A stretch of DNA of 64,000 bases from a virus (Duplodnaviria > Heunggongvirae > Uroviricota > Caudoviricetes), in the IMG/VR virus record IMGVR_UViG_3300028653_000011; one strand, given 5' to 3'. The notes under the pieces are model-generated. The model had not been told where the DNA came from. It saw only the letters and a program-made list of their open reading frames with translations, and searched no databases. Below, piece by piece: positions 10,201 to 19,477 of this stretch (position 1 is the stretch's first letter; each line of letters begins with the position of its first letter). Position numbers and translations under genes: made by a program.

Positions 10201-10581
10201 GTGCCCCTAGGAACTCCCCCTGCCGGATTTAGTTTCTCGCCCGAGTACCAGTCGGCGGCTTTACCGTGGGTGACGTCATCGCTCGCGACGAGTGGTTCGG
10301 CAGAGATTGACTTTCCGTTCATCACCCGGTTCATTGCCATCACCAACTCGTCGACTAGCTCGCTGTCGTTGGCCTTCAGTCTCAATGGCAGCAATGGTAA
10401 CAACAAGATCCTCATCCCCGGCAACACCTACGTCAATCTGGAGTACCGCGTGGCCAGCGTGTGGATCAGGGCTGAGGCGTCGGGTTCTCTACAGTACAGC
10501 ATTGCCGCCGGTCTGACGACGATCCCCGCCAACAGCATGCCGTCGTTGTCAGGTAGCGCCGGGTGGTCCGGCGTGGGCTAA
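10201..10581 (+). CDS. small beta-rich putative virion (head decoration-like) protein
   Basis: Ser/Thr-rich beta-strand pattern in the head cluster; TAATG coupling to def. Function inferred from position. Confidence 0.5.
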   Translation: MPLGTPPAGFSFSPEYQSAALPWVTSSLATSGSAEIDFPFITRFIAITNSSTSSLSLAFSLNGSNGNNKILIPGNTYVNLEYRVASVWIRAEASGSLQYSIAAGLTTIPANSMPSLSGSAGWSGVG

Positions 10582-11075
10582 TGCTTGACATCGTCAAGTA
10601 CCCAAATTCTGCGCTCGCACAAGCTTGTCGTTCGGTCACCCAATTCGATGCCGCGTTGATCGCGTTCGTCGAACAGATGACCGAGGCGATGTACACCTTT
10701 CATGGAGTGGGGCTAGCAGCACCCCAAGTTGGTGTCACCGAGTGCATCACGTTAATTGATCCATCAGCGGGTGATGCAACCAACCAATTGCAGGTGCTGA
10801 TCAATCCAAGGGTCACCTGGCGGTCGCCTGAAGTAGAGATGGTAGAAGAAGGTTGTCTGTCGTTGCCTGGTGTGCGCCTGAAGGTCATGCGAGCACGTGC
10901 CATCGATGTTGAGTACTTTGATTTGGCAGGTGCTGCAAAGAACGTGCGGTTTGCGGGCCTGCCGTCACAGATTGTGCAGCACGAGGTCGATCACATCAAT
11001 GGCATTACGGTGTTAGACCGGGTCCAGCCGTTAGCACGGACCATGGCCCTTAAGATCCTACGTGGGAACAGGTGA
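10581..11075 (+). CDS. def: peptide deformylase
   Basis: All three PDF motifs: GVGLAAPQVG, EGCLS, QHEVDHING. Start taken at the TAATG overlap. Confidence 0.95.
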   Translation: MLDIVKYPNSALAQACRSVTQFDAALIAFVEQMTEAMYTFHGVGLAAPQVGVTECITLIDPSAGDATNQLQVLINPRVTWRSPEVEMVEEGCLSLPGVRLKVMRARAIDVEYFDLAGAAKNVRFAGLPSQIVQHEVDHINGITVLDRVQPLARTMALKILRGNR

Positions 11076-11082
11076 ATTGAAC

Positions 11083-11544
11083 ATGGCGCTATCTAGGAGT
11101 GAATTGAAGTCGGTCATCAAAGAACTGTTGGTTGAGATCCTCAGCGAGGGCTTGGGTAATGTGCAATCGATTGCACCGGGTCCTCGTGCGGCAGCATCGC
11201 CCATCGGTGAAGCTCGCCGTCGTGTGGCTCCAACCAACGTCAAGCGTGCTTTTGATCCGCGCCTTGATACTCCCCTACGTGGTCGGGCTCCGCAAGTGTC
11301 AGCGACAATGCAGGAGACGATCAAACGAGAGTCGGGGGGTAATCCGATCATGGCTGACATCTTTAAGGACACCGCGATGACGACGCTGCCGACGATGCAG
11401 GCGCACGGTGACACCGGAGCGTCCGCGGGCTCGGCACCGATGTTGCAAGAACAGTTCAATGGTAACCCTGAAGACGTCTTTGGTGAGGAGACGGCGGGTC
11501 GTTGGGCCAACTTGGCCTTCGCCGTCGTCAAGAAGCCAGCGTAA
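11083..11544 (+). CDS. hypothetical protein with N-terminal LKSVIKE helix
   Basis: MALSRSELKSVIKELLVEILSEG. C-terminal RWANLA resembles the scaffold C-terminus RWATLA. Confidence 0.7.
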   Translation: MALSRSELKSVIKELLVEILSEGLGNVQSIAPGPRAAASPIGEARRRVAPTNVKRAFDPRLDTPLRGRAPQVSATMQETIKRESGGNPIMADIFKDTAMTTLPTMQAHGDTGASAGSAPMLQEQFNGNPEDVFGEETAGRWANLAFAVVKKPA

Positions 11545-11592
11545 AATCATCGATGGGCATATTTAGCTGCATACCACGGAAAGGTGCTAGCA

Positions 11593-11865
11593 ATGAAGAC
11601 GAACGTTAAGTCGGTCAAATTGACCCCTGCCCTGCTCAAGCGAATCATTGAGGAGGAAGTCGGCAAATTCGGTCCTCCGGAGGATGTCGAGAAGAAAGCT
11701 GACGACACCAAAGAGACCGACGCAGATGAGTTTGCCGATTCTCTCGACAAGCACATTGACTTCATGAAGGCGCTCAAGATTGAAGAAGGGCGCTTGGTCA
11801 AGCGACTGGCACGAGTGCAAGAAGCCCGCAAGCGCGCGCAAAAAGCTCTCATTGCTCGGGTCTGA
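11593..11865 (+). CDS. small charged helical protein with LKRIIEEE helix
   Basis: AAGG RBS, TATTTA at 11560-11565. Confidence 0.7.
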   Translation: MKTNVKSVKLTPALLKRIIEEEVGKFGPPEDVEKKADDTKETDADEFADSLDKHIDFMKALKIEEGRLVKRLARVQEARKRAQKALIARV

Positions 11866-11885
11866 TCTGAGAAGAGGGTGATGTC

Positions 11886-12428
11886 ATGGGTGTGTTAGGA
11901 AGGTACACGAGTTACGTTGGCGGCGGTGCAGCCACGGTTGCACACGCGCTGCTCTCTAAGTTGTTTCCTGGTGGGCCCCTCGCCACGCAGGTTGCCAACG
12001 GTGATGAGAAGGGCGCGCAAGCGCTAGCACAGGCCTCGGCGACGGCCAAGGTTACCAACGGCGTTGGGGGTCTTCAACCCACCGGTGGCGTGCAGGCCGG
12101 TGACCTCGGCATGTTCCCGTCGGGCGTTGACTTGTCGTTCAACTACAACATCGGCAATCCTCCCAACTCTTCACCCGACGTCAGCACCGTCAAGTGGACG
12201 AAGGCCGGCGACCCCGCCAACCCGTACACCCCTGACATCACTTCGCCTGGGCCGGGTCGCACAGACGGCGTTGACAAAGACGTCGATCCCAAGATTGCAG
12301 CGGCTGACATCAATCCTGCACCCAGCGTTGCTGATGTCCGTGATCCGACGACCGATGGCCCGGCAGTTTCACAGAACAACACCATTGGCGTGCCACAGAA
12401 ACTCGGTGATTCGGGCGGCAACGTCTGA
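11886..12428 (+). CDS. hypothetical Gly/Pro-rich head-cluster protein
   Basis: GAGGG RBS, phage-typical codon bias. Confidence 0.7.
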   Translation: MGVLGRYTSYVGGGAATVAHALLSKLFPGGPLATQVANGDEKGAQALAQASATAKVTNGVGGLQPTGGVQAGDLGMFPSGVDLSFNYNIGNPPNSSPDVSTVKWTKAGDPANPYTPDITSPGPGRTDGVDKDVDPKIAAADINPAPSVADVRDPTTDGPAVSQNNTIGVPQKLGDSGGNV

Positions 12429-12455
12429 TCTTGTGAATTTGTGCTGATCGTCCGA

Positions 12456-12461
12456 TACTTA
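12456..12461 (+). promoter_or_regulatory. putative late promoter TACTTA (scaffold); representative of more than 20 sites
   Basis: Motif recurs in intergenic gaps before late genes; full list under findings. Confidence 0.7.
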
Positions 12462-12484
12462 CTCTCAAGGTTCGTGGAGAAAGC

Positions 12485-14575
12485 ATGAGCAAGCAATTGT
12501 TCGAAGAAGCACTGGCAGATGTCAAGCAGGTCAAACAAGTGGCCGAAGACAGTGCTAAGCGCGCGATCCTCGATGCTGTCACTCCTCGGATCCGTGACTT
12601 CATCGATCAGGCGCTGTTGCGCGAAGAGGCGATGCCGGGCATGCCCGGTTCGAACCTTGAAATTCTCGATGATGGTGGTGATGAGTCGTTTGAGTTTGAA
12701 GCCCCCAAGGGAGCTCCTCCCGGCGAAATCACCGCGGCAATCACCCCGCCCGATGCCGAAGGCAAGGTCACGCTTGACCTTGATGCCATCTGCAGTGGTG
12801 GCGACCTTGCATCAACGGGCCCCGGCGCGGTGGTGCCTCCTCCCATGTTCGGAGAGCCGGTGATTGAACCGACTGAAGAGTATGAGATCAGCCTAGAATC
12901 ACTCAATGCACTGCAACCCTTGATCAAGGCCGCACGCACGGGGCGCAGCATCATGCAACCCAAGGATGTGTCGGCCATCATCGGTCGCGTCGTCGAGCAC
13001 GTGCAATTGTTGGGCAAGGCCAGCGGTAAGGTCAAGGCCACTAATTCATACGGCGTTCAAATCGCCCAGATGATTTCACACGTGGAAGATATGTATGACT
13101 ACGTGCAAGAGTCGGTCACCGACGCTACAAGCAAAAACGCATACGAAACTACGCTCGAGACTACATTCAGTACGCTCACCAAACTTCAGGAGTCAACGAC
13201 AATGTCGAAAAAGGCACAACACAAGGGTCAGATGAACGAAGCGGATCTTACGCTGAAACTGACTGGTCTGCCCGACGATGTCGAGGACAATCTTGATAGC
13301 GTGGGCGTCGATCTCATCACCGGTGAAGAAGACGGTGAAGAGGGCGCAGAAGGCCTCGAAGGCGGCGAAACTGACGATCTGGGCGACCTCGACCTAGACG
13401 GCGGACAAGGATCACAAGAGGGTGAGGACAATCAGATGGAGAATCGCAGGTTGAGCGACGACACGATCGTCGAGATCGATGAAAACATGCTCCGCCGCGA
13501 GATCGCTCGGATGCGCTCGCTCCGTGAGGAGACGAAACCGGCTTCGTGGGGCGATGGCTCCGGCGACGCCAAAATCCTCAAGAACTTCGGTGGAGGCAAG
13601 GATGAGGGTGATCCTCTCGATCAGGACATCGTTGACCTGTCCCCGGCCAAGGGCTCTCGCCCGAAGGGTGATAACCCGCCCGCCAACCACAATCGCAACC
13701 TGAAGACCGAGCAGGACGATCAGGACATGGACGAGGGTCAGGACCAGATGGACGAGTCCGATGATCAGATGGACGAGTCCGATGATCAGATGGACGAGTC
13801 CGATGATCAGATGGACGAGGCAACTTACGAGCCCGATAACCATGACATGTCTGTCGATGAGAGCGATGACCTCGATCAACTGCAGAATCGCCGCAAGGAA
13901 GACGAGTACGGCGCCGACGTGCAGGACGGTCATGCGACGGCCACGTGGGACAAGCGTCGCCACGAAGCGCTCCGCCGCCTCAACTTCGAGAAGAAGCTGC
14001 AGGAACGCGCTCAGTCACGTGCTTCGGCCCTCAAGAAGGAAGCCGCACGTGCCAAGTCGGCCCGCAACAACAAGCGCCTCGCCGAAGTGCGCCAGGAGTA
14101 TGCAACGGTTGCCAAGCGGTTCAACGAATCGCTCGCCCGTAGCACCAAGATGTCGAAGCTGGCGGCCATGGCCACCAAGAAGCTTCAAGAGGCTCGTCGC
14201 TCGAATAGCGCAGCCGCCCGGCCCACGGAGAGCAAGGCCGAAGTGATCCTCCGTAACAAGTTGGCAGAAACGAATCTGTTCAACGCGAAGCTTCTCTTCA
14301 CCAACAAGCTCCTGCAGAACGACCAGCTGACGACCCGCCAAAAGGCGCAAGTCATCAAGCAGCTCGACGAGGCAGCGACGGTGCGAGAGGCCAAGCTCAT
14401 CTACACGAGCCTTGCCAAGACCTTGGCGGGTTCAACGAAGTCGCTCAGCGAAGGCCAAGACCGTCAGGTGTTGGGTTCCGCAGGTAGGGTGACTCGCCCG
14501 GCATCTACGCCGACCCTCAATGAGGGCGTCGAGACCGAGCGATGGGCTACGCTGGCCGGCATTACCAAGAGGTAA
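12485..14575 (+). CDS. prohead scaffold/core protein (T4 gp22-like position)
   Basis: Immediately upstream of MCP. Acidic low-complexity middle, coiled-coil C-terminus (NLFNAKLLFTNKLL), many hydrophobic-x-E sites. Confidence 0.8.
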   Translation: MSKQLFEEALADVKQVKQVAEDSAKRAILDAVTPRIRDFIDQALLREEAMPGMPGSNLEILDDGGDESFEFEAPKGAPPGEITAAITPPDAEGKVTLDLDAICSGGDLASTGPGAVVPPPMFGEPVIEPTEEYEISLESLNALQPLIKAARTGRSIMQPKDVSAIIGRVVEHVQLLGKASGKVKATNSYGVQIAQMISHVEDMYDYVQESVTDATSKNAYETTLETTFSTLTKLQESTTMSKKAQHKGQMNEADLTLKLTGLPDDVEDNLDSVGVDLITGEEDGEEGAEGLEGGETDDLGDLDLDGGQGSQEGEDNQMENRRLSDDTIVEIDENMLRREIARMRSLREETKPASWGDGSGDAKILKNFGGGKDEGDPLDQDIVDLSPAKGSRPKGDNPPANHNRNLKTEQDDQDMDEGQDQMDESDDQMDESDDQMDESDDQMDEATYEPDNHDMSVDESDDLDQLQNRRKEDEYGADVQDGHATATWDKRRHEALRRLNFEKKLQERAQSRASALKKEAARAKSARNNKRLAEVRQEYATVAKRFNESLARSTKMSKLAAMATKKLQEARRSNSAAARPTESKAEVILRNKLAETNLFNAKLLFTNKLLQNDQLTTRQKAQVIKQLDEAATVREAKLIYTSLAKTLAGSTKSLSEGQDRQVLGSAGRVTRPASTPTLNEGVETERWATLAGITKR
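13745..13819 (+). repeat. 21-bp tandem repeat CAGATGGACGAGTCCGATGAT (about 3.6 copies) encoding QMDESDD
   Basis: Exact copies read directly, with degenerate copies immediately upstream. Confidence 0.95.
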
Positions 14576-14611
14576 GTGACAGCGTCGCAGAACAACACGA
14601 CTCGAACCAAC

Positions 14612-14617
14612 TAGTTA
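14612..14617 (+). promoter_or_regulatory. putative late promoter TAGTTA (major capsid)
   Basis: Same motif class, upstream of the AGGAG RBS. Confidence 0.65.
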
Positions 14618-14638
14618 CAGATCACAGGAGACAATCAG

Positions 14639-16588
14639 ATGAAGTTCTTCAGCATGGAACAGCTTGCCGCCGGTATTAAAGACCGGCACGTCGGCGCCGA
14701 GCGCGCCCGACTGGTAGAGAAGTGGAGCCGCACCGGCCTGCTTCGTGGCCTCGATGGCCAGCGCCGAGAGATGATGGCGCAGCTCCTGGAGAACCAGGCA
14801 GCGCAGGTCCTCCGCGAGGTCGGTAACTCGATCTCGACGGGTGGCGGTAACATGTCCAACTCGGGACAGATCTCCGGCTTCACCAACATCGCCTTCCCGA
14901 TCGTCCGCCGCGTCTTCGGTGGCCTCGTCGCCAATGAGCTGGTGTCGATCCAGCCGATGAGCCTGCCGTCCGGCCTGATCTTCTACCTCGACTACACTTA
15001 CGGCACCAACGTCGGTGGCGAGGGCACGTCGACGGCGGCGACCTACGCTTCCGGACAGTCGATCTATAACAACCCAACCGGCAAGGGTGTCCAGTCAGGA
15101 TCGCTGGCGACGGGCGGCATGTACGACCTCGTCAACGTGGGCTTCAGCAAGGTGCACCAGTCGGCGTGGATCGGCGGCGCAGCTAGCCCCTACAACACCG
15201 GTTCTAGCGGCCAGGTCGGCGCGTGGAACAACCTCAACGGTACCTTCATGCCGGGTGGCCTCATCTCGGCAATGTCGGGCGTCAATGGCCAGCTCTGCAA
15301 CTTCGACCCGCAGCTCGATGTCGACATGCAGTCGGGCCTGCTCAACGCCGTCTTCCTGTACCTCAACGTTGCCGACATGCAGTCGAGCGTTGCGAACGGT
15401 GACTTCTTGGCCGTCGAACAGGTCGCGGTCTTCGCGCTCAGCGGTACTGTTGTCAACAACGGCCTCACCGCCTGGAGCCAATCGTACCAGTCGGGTAACG
15501 GCGTCCTCAACCTTCGCCGCCTCAACAAGCGCGGTAACCTCGCCAGCTCCAGCTTCACGCTGAACCCGCTGGCAGGCACCCAAGTCCAGTGCGTCCTCCA
15601 GACGCCGGCGTTCGGTAACACGTGGCAGGGTGCTTCGGCGGCTACCACCGCCAACGGCGCGTTGCTTCGCTTCGATGCAGCGTCGAACGTTCGCTTCTCG
15701 ATGACGATCGCAGACGGCCTGACGACTGACCGCAGCGGCGACGGCGCCACGCTGGTCATCCCGTCGTTCGAGTCGGACTTCGGCGTCAACCCGTCGCCCG
15801 CCATCCCCGAGATTGACATCAAGATTGAGTCGATCTCCATCACCGCGACGACCCGCAAGCTCCGTGCTCGCTGGTCTCCCGAGCTCGCACAGGACCTCAA
15901 TGCGTACCACTCGATGGACGCTGAGGTTGAGTTGACGAGCATCCTGTCGGAGCAGATCGCTCTCGAAATTGACCGAGAGATCTTGAACGACCTCGTCACC
16001 GAAGCCAACGGCGCCAACATGTACTGGAGCCGTGCACCGGGCAAGTTCGTCAACAAGCTGACGGGCATCAACTCGACGCTGGCGACCAACTTGTCGATCG
16101 GGCCGCAGTTCACCGGCACCGTTCGCGAGTGGTACGAGACGCTGGTCGAGACCTGCATCGACTGCGCCAACACCATTCACCGCAAGACGCTCCGTGGCTC
16201 GGCCAACTTCATGGTCACCAGCCCCGACGTGTCGACCATCTTCGAGTCATCGGTGCTCTACAAGCCGAAGTACTCGATCGACGGCGAAGGTCAAGTCGGA
16301 TCGCCCTTCACCATCGGCGCGGAGGCCATTGGCACCCTGTCGAATCGCTTCACGGTGTACAAGGATCCCTACTTCCCCCGTAACCGCATCCTGATCGGCT
16401 ACAAGGGCGGCAGCTACCTTGAGACCGGGTACGTGTACTCTCCGTACGTGCCCCTCATCGTGACGCCGACCATCTTCGCCCCCGAAGACTTCACACCGAG
16501 GAAAGGCGTAATGACGCGGTACGGTAAGAAGATGGTGCGCACCGACTTCTACGGCACCGTCACCGTGCTCGACATGAACATCATCTAA
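14639..16588 (+). CDS. major capsid protein (T4 gp23-like) with large central insertion
   Basis: LVEKWSRTGLL, LLENQA, LVSIQPMSLPSGLIFYLDY, RKLRARWSPELAQDLNAYH, YSPYVPL, PRKGVMTRYG. Strong codon bias, AGGAG RBS. Confidence 0.97.
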   Translation: MKFFSMEQLAAGIKDRHVGAERARLVEKWSRTGLLRGLDGQRREMMAQLLENQAAQVLREVGNSISTGGGNMSNSGQISGFTNIAFPIVRRVFGGLVANELVSIQPMSLPSGLIFYLDYTYGTNVGGEGTSTAATYASGQSIYNNPTGKGVQSGSLATGGMYDLVNVGFSKVHQSAWIGGAASPYNTGSSGQVGAWNNLNGTFMPGGLISAMSGVNGQLCNFDPQLDVDMQSGLLNAVFLYLNVADMQSSVANGDFLAVEQVAVFALSGTVVNNGLTAWSQSYQSGNGVLNLRRLNKRGNLASSSFTLNPLAGTQVQCVLQTPAFGNTWQGASAATTANGALLRFDAASNVRFSMTIADGLTTDRSGDGATLVIPSFESDFGVNPSPAIPEIDIKIESISITATTRKLRARWSPELAQDLNAYHSMDAEVELTSILSEQIALEIDREILNDLVTEANGANMYWSRAPGKFVNKLTGINSTLATNLSIGPQFTGTVREWYETLVETCIDCANTIHRKTLRGSANFMVTSPDVSTIFESSVLYKPKYSIDGEGQVGSPFTIGAEAIGTLSNRFTVYKDPYFPRNRILIGYKGGSYLETGYVYSPYVPLIVTPTIFAPEDFTPRKGVMTRYGKKMVRTDFYGTVTVLDMNII

Positions 16589-16600
16589 GTTCAATGATAT

Positions 16601-16657
16601 CAACCACTTAGGTGGTTGTAGATGAGGTTGAGAGGCTACTCGAAAGAGTGGCCTTTC
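16601..16657 (+). terminator. two tandem hairpins after MCP (putative terminator or mRNA stabiliser)
   Basis: CAACCAC-TTAG-GTGGTTG (16601-16618) and GAGAGGCTACTC-GAAA-GAGTGGCCTTTC (16630-16657). U-tail is weak. Confidence 0.6.
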
Positions 16658-16702
16658 GCCGTTAAGCCTTTACAGGTATTCGCCAGAGGGATACTTATTG
16701 AC

Positions 16703-17200
16703 ATGCCCGCATCCAGAGCACTACGCAACGAGATGGAACGCTTGGGCCTTGACCACACCAAGGCCTATACGCAGCACCAATTGAATGAGGCCTACGCCGC
16801 TCACCAGGCGGCGCAGCTTGCGCTGCAGGTGGTGCCCGTCGCAGAGCCTGTTGGTGGATCGTTCCCGGAGACAGCAACTGTCGCACCGTTGACCAGCGAC
16901 GCCACGGTTAAAGAGACTGTACTTGAGCCCGTCACTCCTTCCCCCACCGCCGCCCCTGATCAATCCTTGACTGACGTGGAGCAGCAACCTGCCGCCGCCC
17001 CGCCGGTGCTTGTGGAGACTGCTACCGAAGCAGGATTACGCGTCGACGCGGCTCCTGTGACCGATGCTGTGGCGCTGGGCACCGACAGCCAGACGTCGCA
17101 CACTGACGAGCTAGCCGTCGCGGCACCCGATGCCGCTGATGTGCCCGCTGCCGCCTCAAGCAAGAAGGGTAAGAAAAACGTCGCAAAGAAGTCTGACTGA
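16703..17200 (+). CDS. Ala/Pro/Thr-rich hypothetical protein with basic C-terminus
   Basis: ATG lies 5 nt after TACTTA (16692-16697). The ORF-track start at 16622 overlaps the hairpins. Confidence 0.6.
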   Translation: MPASRALRNEMERLGLDHTKAYTQHQLNEAYAAHQAAQLALQVVPVAEPVGGSFPETATVAPLTSDATVKETVLEPVTPSPTAAPDQSLTDVEQQPAAAPPVLVETATEAGLRVDAAPVTDAVALGTDSQTSHTDELAVAAPDAADVPAAASSKKGKKNVAKKSD

Positions 17201-17251
17201 CACCTTTACTTGTCACACGGGCTACATACTTAGTTACAACGGAGAACTGAC

Positions 17252-17779
17252 ATGAGCGTAATCGTCGATAGTAGAGGAGTTGTCGAAGCGGGTGATGGGC
17301 AAGGCAACCTGACGGTCGCCGGCGCGACGGTCACCAACATTAGCTACATGACGGCACAACCGCTGGTCGGTTCGGCCTCCTTCGGCGCCCCGGCGCTGTC
17401 GCCCGGTGGCCTACCCGGTCTCACCGCCATCCCAGCACCGGGCTTTTTCGCCGTTCCAGTGTCTGGTTCGGGCGGCCCCAGCGGCAAGGGTGCCGGCGGC
17501 TTCACGGGTTCACTGCCCTCTCCGGCGACCTACCCAGGCGGCGAAATTCTCATCACTGACACCCTCGGTCAGTTCGCCTACCTCATCACCGGCTCCATTT
17601 CGGTGATGTCGAGCTTGACGGGTTCGTCAGGCGGCGGCACCGGCGCAGGTCTCGCCAACGCGGTCAGCGTCAACGGCACCAAGTTGACGGTCTCCCCCGG
17701 TGGTACCGTCGGCTTCTGGTCGGACAGCAAGGGTTGGCTGGTCTGCGCAGTGTCGGGTACCCTGATCCTGAACGCGTAA
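17252..17779 (+). CDS. Gly/Ser-rich putative virion structural protein
   Basis: GGAG RBS, overlapping TACTTA/TAGTTA at 17227-17236, MCP-like codon bias, followed by a hairpin. Confidence 0.65.
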   Translation: MSVIVDSRGVVEAGDGQGNLTVAGATVTNISYMTAQPLVGSASFGAPALSPGGLPGLTAIPAPGFFAVPVSGSGGPSGKGAGGFTGSLPSPATYPGGEILITDTLGQFAYLITGSISVMSSLTGSSGGGTGAGLANAVSVNGTKLTVSPGGTVGFWSDSKGWLVCAVSGTLILNA

Positions 17780-17794
17780 TTCACGTCCTTCTCT

Positions 17795-17834
17795 CGGCAC
17801 ACTGTTGGCCCGCGGAAAGCGGGCCGTGCCGTTT
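17795..17834 (+). terminator. intrinsic terminator-like hairpin
   Basis: CGGCAC-bulge-GGCCCGC-GGAAA-GCGGGCC-GTGCCG-TTT. Confidence 0.65.
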
Positions 17835-18014
17835 AAGGCCGCCCACAGAATAATCGTGATCTGCGTGTTGTAGTTCAATGGGTCAGTTAATTGGGTCTTG
17901 TGCAGATGGTTTGTTCTTCGGCAGAATGTCTGTCTCAGACACTTGTACACTCCTACTCACGGGTGTAGTGTATGTTTGACGGCACAGAACAAGGCCGACA
18001 GGAGAGTATAGATC

Positions 18015-18305
18015 ATGAGCAGGAAGAACCGTAAGGTCATTGCGACCAACAAGAACGCGCACATCATCAGCCGCACCGATCGGACTGGCAAGGTTCGTAC
18101 CGAGACCAGCCGCCGCGATGAGGGTGAGCTCGACGTGGCAATTTCGACCGATTGGAACAACAACGCGACGCGCGTCTTCATCGACGCAACTGGTCGTGCC
18201 GATGGCCACAACCGTGGCTACGCCGATCTCACGCTCAACGGCCGACAGGCACGGATGTTGTTCTTGGCGCTGTCGAAGCACTTCGGCGTCACCGGCAAGT
18301 ACTAG
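18015..18305 (+). CDS. small basic hypothetical protein
   Basis: AGGAG RBS, good codon bias, followed by a terminator. Confidence 0.7.
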   Translation: MSRKNRKVIATNKNAHIISRTDRTGKVRTETSRRDEGELDVAISTDWNNNATRVFIDATGRADGHNRGYADLTLNGRQARMLFLALSKHFGVTGKY

Positions 18306-18341
18306 CATCGAGTGAACACGAGTTCACAATAGTGTAGGATT

Positions 18342-18374
18342 GGGCGAGGTTCCTTATGGGGGCCTCGCCCTTTT
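18342..18374 (+). terminator. intrinsic terminator
   Basis: GGGCGAGG...CCTCGCCC stem followed by TTTT. Confidence 0.75.
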
Positions 18375-18390
18375 CACATCAGGAGATCAC

Positions 18391-18747
18391 ATGAAACTCA
18401 CCCTCAACGCACAAGAATTGTTGGCGCTGTACGACCTGCTCGAAGCGACGAGGCCGCGGCTTGCTATCGAGACCGATCAGGGGTCGCCCGACTTTCAGCT
18501 CCATCAATTACAGAAGCGTATCAGGTTGTGCATCATCGCCGCCTTGCGGGCCCACGGCACCGATCCGGTCGACGCGTTCCTGGCCCGTGAACAGGCCAAG
18601 ATTGACGGCCTGATCGGGCAACCTATCGATGTCAAGGGTCATGCGACCTCCAATGTCTTCACCAATCTCGACGATGAGGCACAAGAATCGATCAGCGACA
18701 AATCGCAAGATCGAAACGATCCATCATTTCACCCATGCTTCCGGTGA
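18391..18747 (+). CDS. hypothetical protein
   Basis: AGGAG RBS 5 nt before ATG 18391. Confidence 0.65.
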   Translation: MKLTLNAQELLALYDLLEATRPRLAIETDQGSPDFQLHQLQKRIRLCIIAALRAHGTDPVDAFLAREQAKIDGLIGQPIDVKGHATSNVFTNLDDEAQESISDKSQDRNDPSFHPCFR

Positions 18748-18786
18748 GTGTACCAATCATCGCAGGTGTGGTACTTATAGATGTAC

Positions 18787-19152
18787 GGGGATGAAAGGTT
18801 TCGACACGGCGAAGACTTGGTGCGAAGCAGGCCAGGGGCGACCAGGTGCCCTGACAAACACGTGGTCACGTTTGATCGCCAACGATAACGGCATCGCTGA
18901 TTACGCTCTCGTGGCGTAACCAACGGGTTCCCAACGACCTAGGAACAGAATGTTGGGCGCGCTGACACGTCGTCAGCAAAAACGTCTACCTCCCGACGTG
19001 ATTGGGAGCACGCCAAAGCTCGTGAGTGAGGTGCGTGTAAGAAGTGTCCTAACCCACTAGTCCCGCCCGAGGACGATCAAGTAGATGGGCTAAACCTGTA
19101 GAATCGCACCGAAGACGCGTCGTGGACCCGGGATCATTCCCCGGCATCTCCA
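18787..19152 (+). ncRNA. ssrA: tmRNA; tag reading frame 18878-18919 = ANDNGIADYALVA*
   Basis: 5' GGGGATG pairs with 3' CATCTCC-A (G3-U alanine determinant). D-loop-like AGGTTTCGAC, 3' GGAC-CCGGG-loop-CCCGG T-arm, ssrA-type tag. CCA not encoded. Confidence 0.95.
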
Positions 19153-19178
19153 CGAATTCCAACGATAGAAAGACACAG

Positions 19179-19433
19179 ATGAGCACCAAGATCGCCGATC
19201 GGCGTCGAGCCAACGGCAGTAGCCTCGATGGGCGCGCCCTGACCAATCGAGTTGCACTTGAAGTCAAGGGCATGCCGCTTGCACAGGCCTTCGCCACCGT
19301 ACGAGCAGCCGGCTATCAGTTGCTGATCGCCAAGCACGACGGGGTGCCTCGCCCATCGGAAGTTGATCACCTCGACGACCGCATCGTCGTCAACGTGGTG
19401 CAGGGGCTGATCACTGATAGTTGGGCCGGGTAA
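19179..19433 (+). CDS. small protein resembling potato-I/I78 protease-inhibitor fold
   Basis: GMPLAQA...AG...DG...D..DRIVVNV.QGLITDSWAG pattern ending in Gly; resemblance judged by eye. Confidence 0.45.
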   Translation: MSTKIADRRRANGSSLDGRALTNRVALEVKGMPLAQAFATVRAAGYQLLIAKHDGVPRPSEVDHLDDRIVVNVVQGLITDSWAG

Positions 19434-19477
19434 ACTCTGTAGTATACCAGTCGCCCCGTACCAAGTAGAATTGTCAC

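Noticed and set aside
15095-16180. Long minus-strand ORFs (361 and 328 aa) opposite the MCP
   Set aside because: Shadow ORFs caused by strong GC3 bias of the sense gene; no motifs or RBS.
18629-18919. 96-aa ORF ending ANDNGIADYALVA
   Set aside because: It is the tmRNA tag frame extended upstream by chance, not a protein gene.
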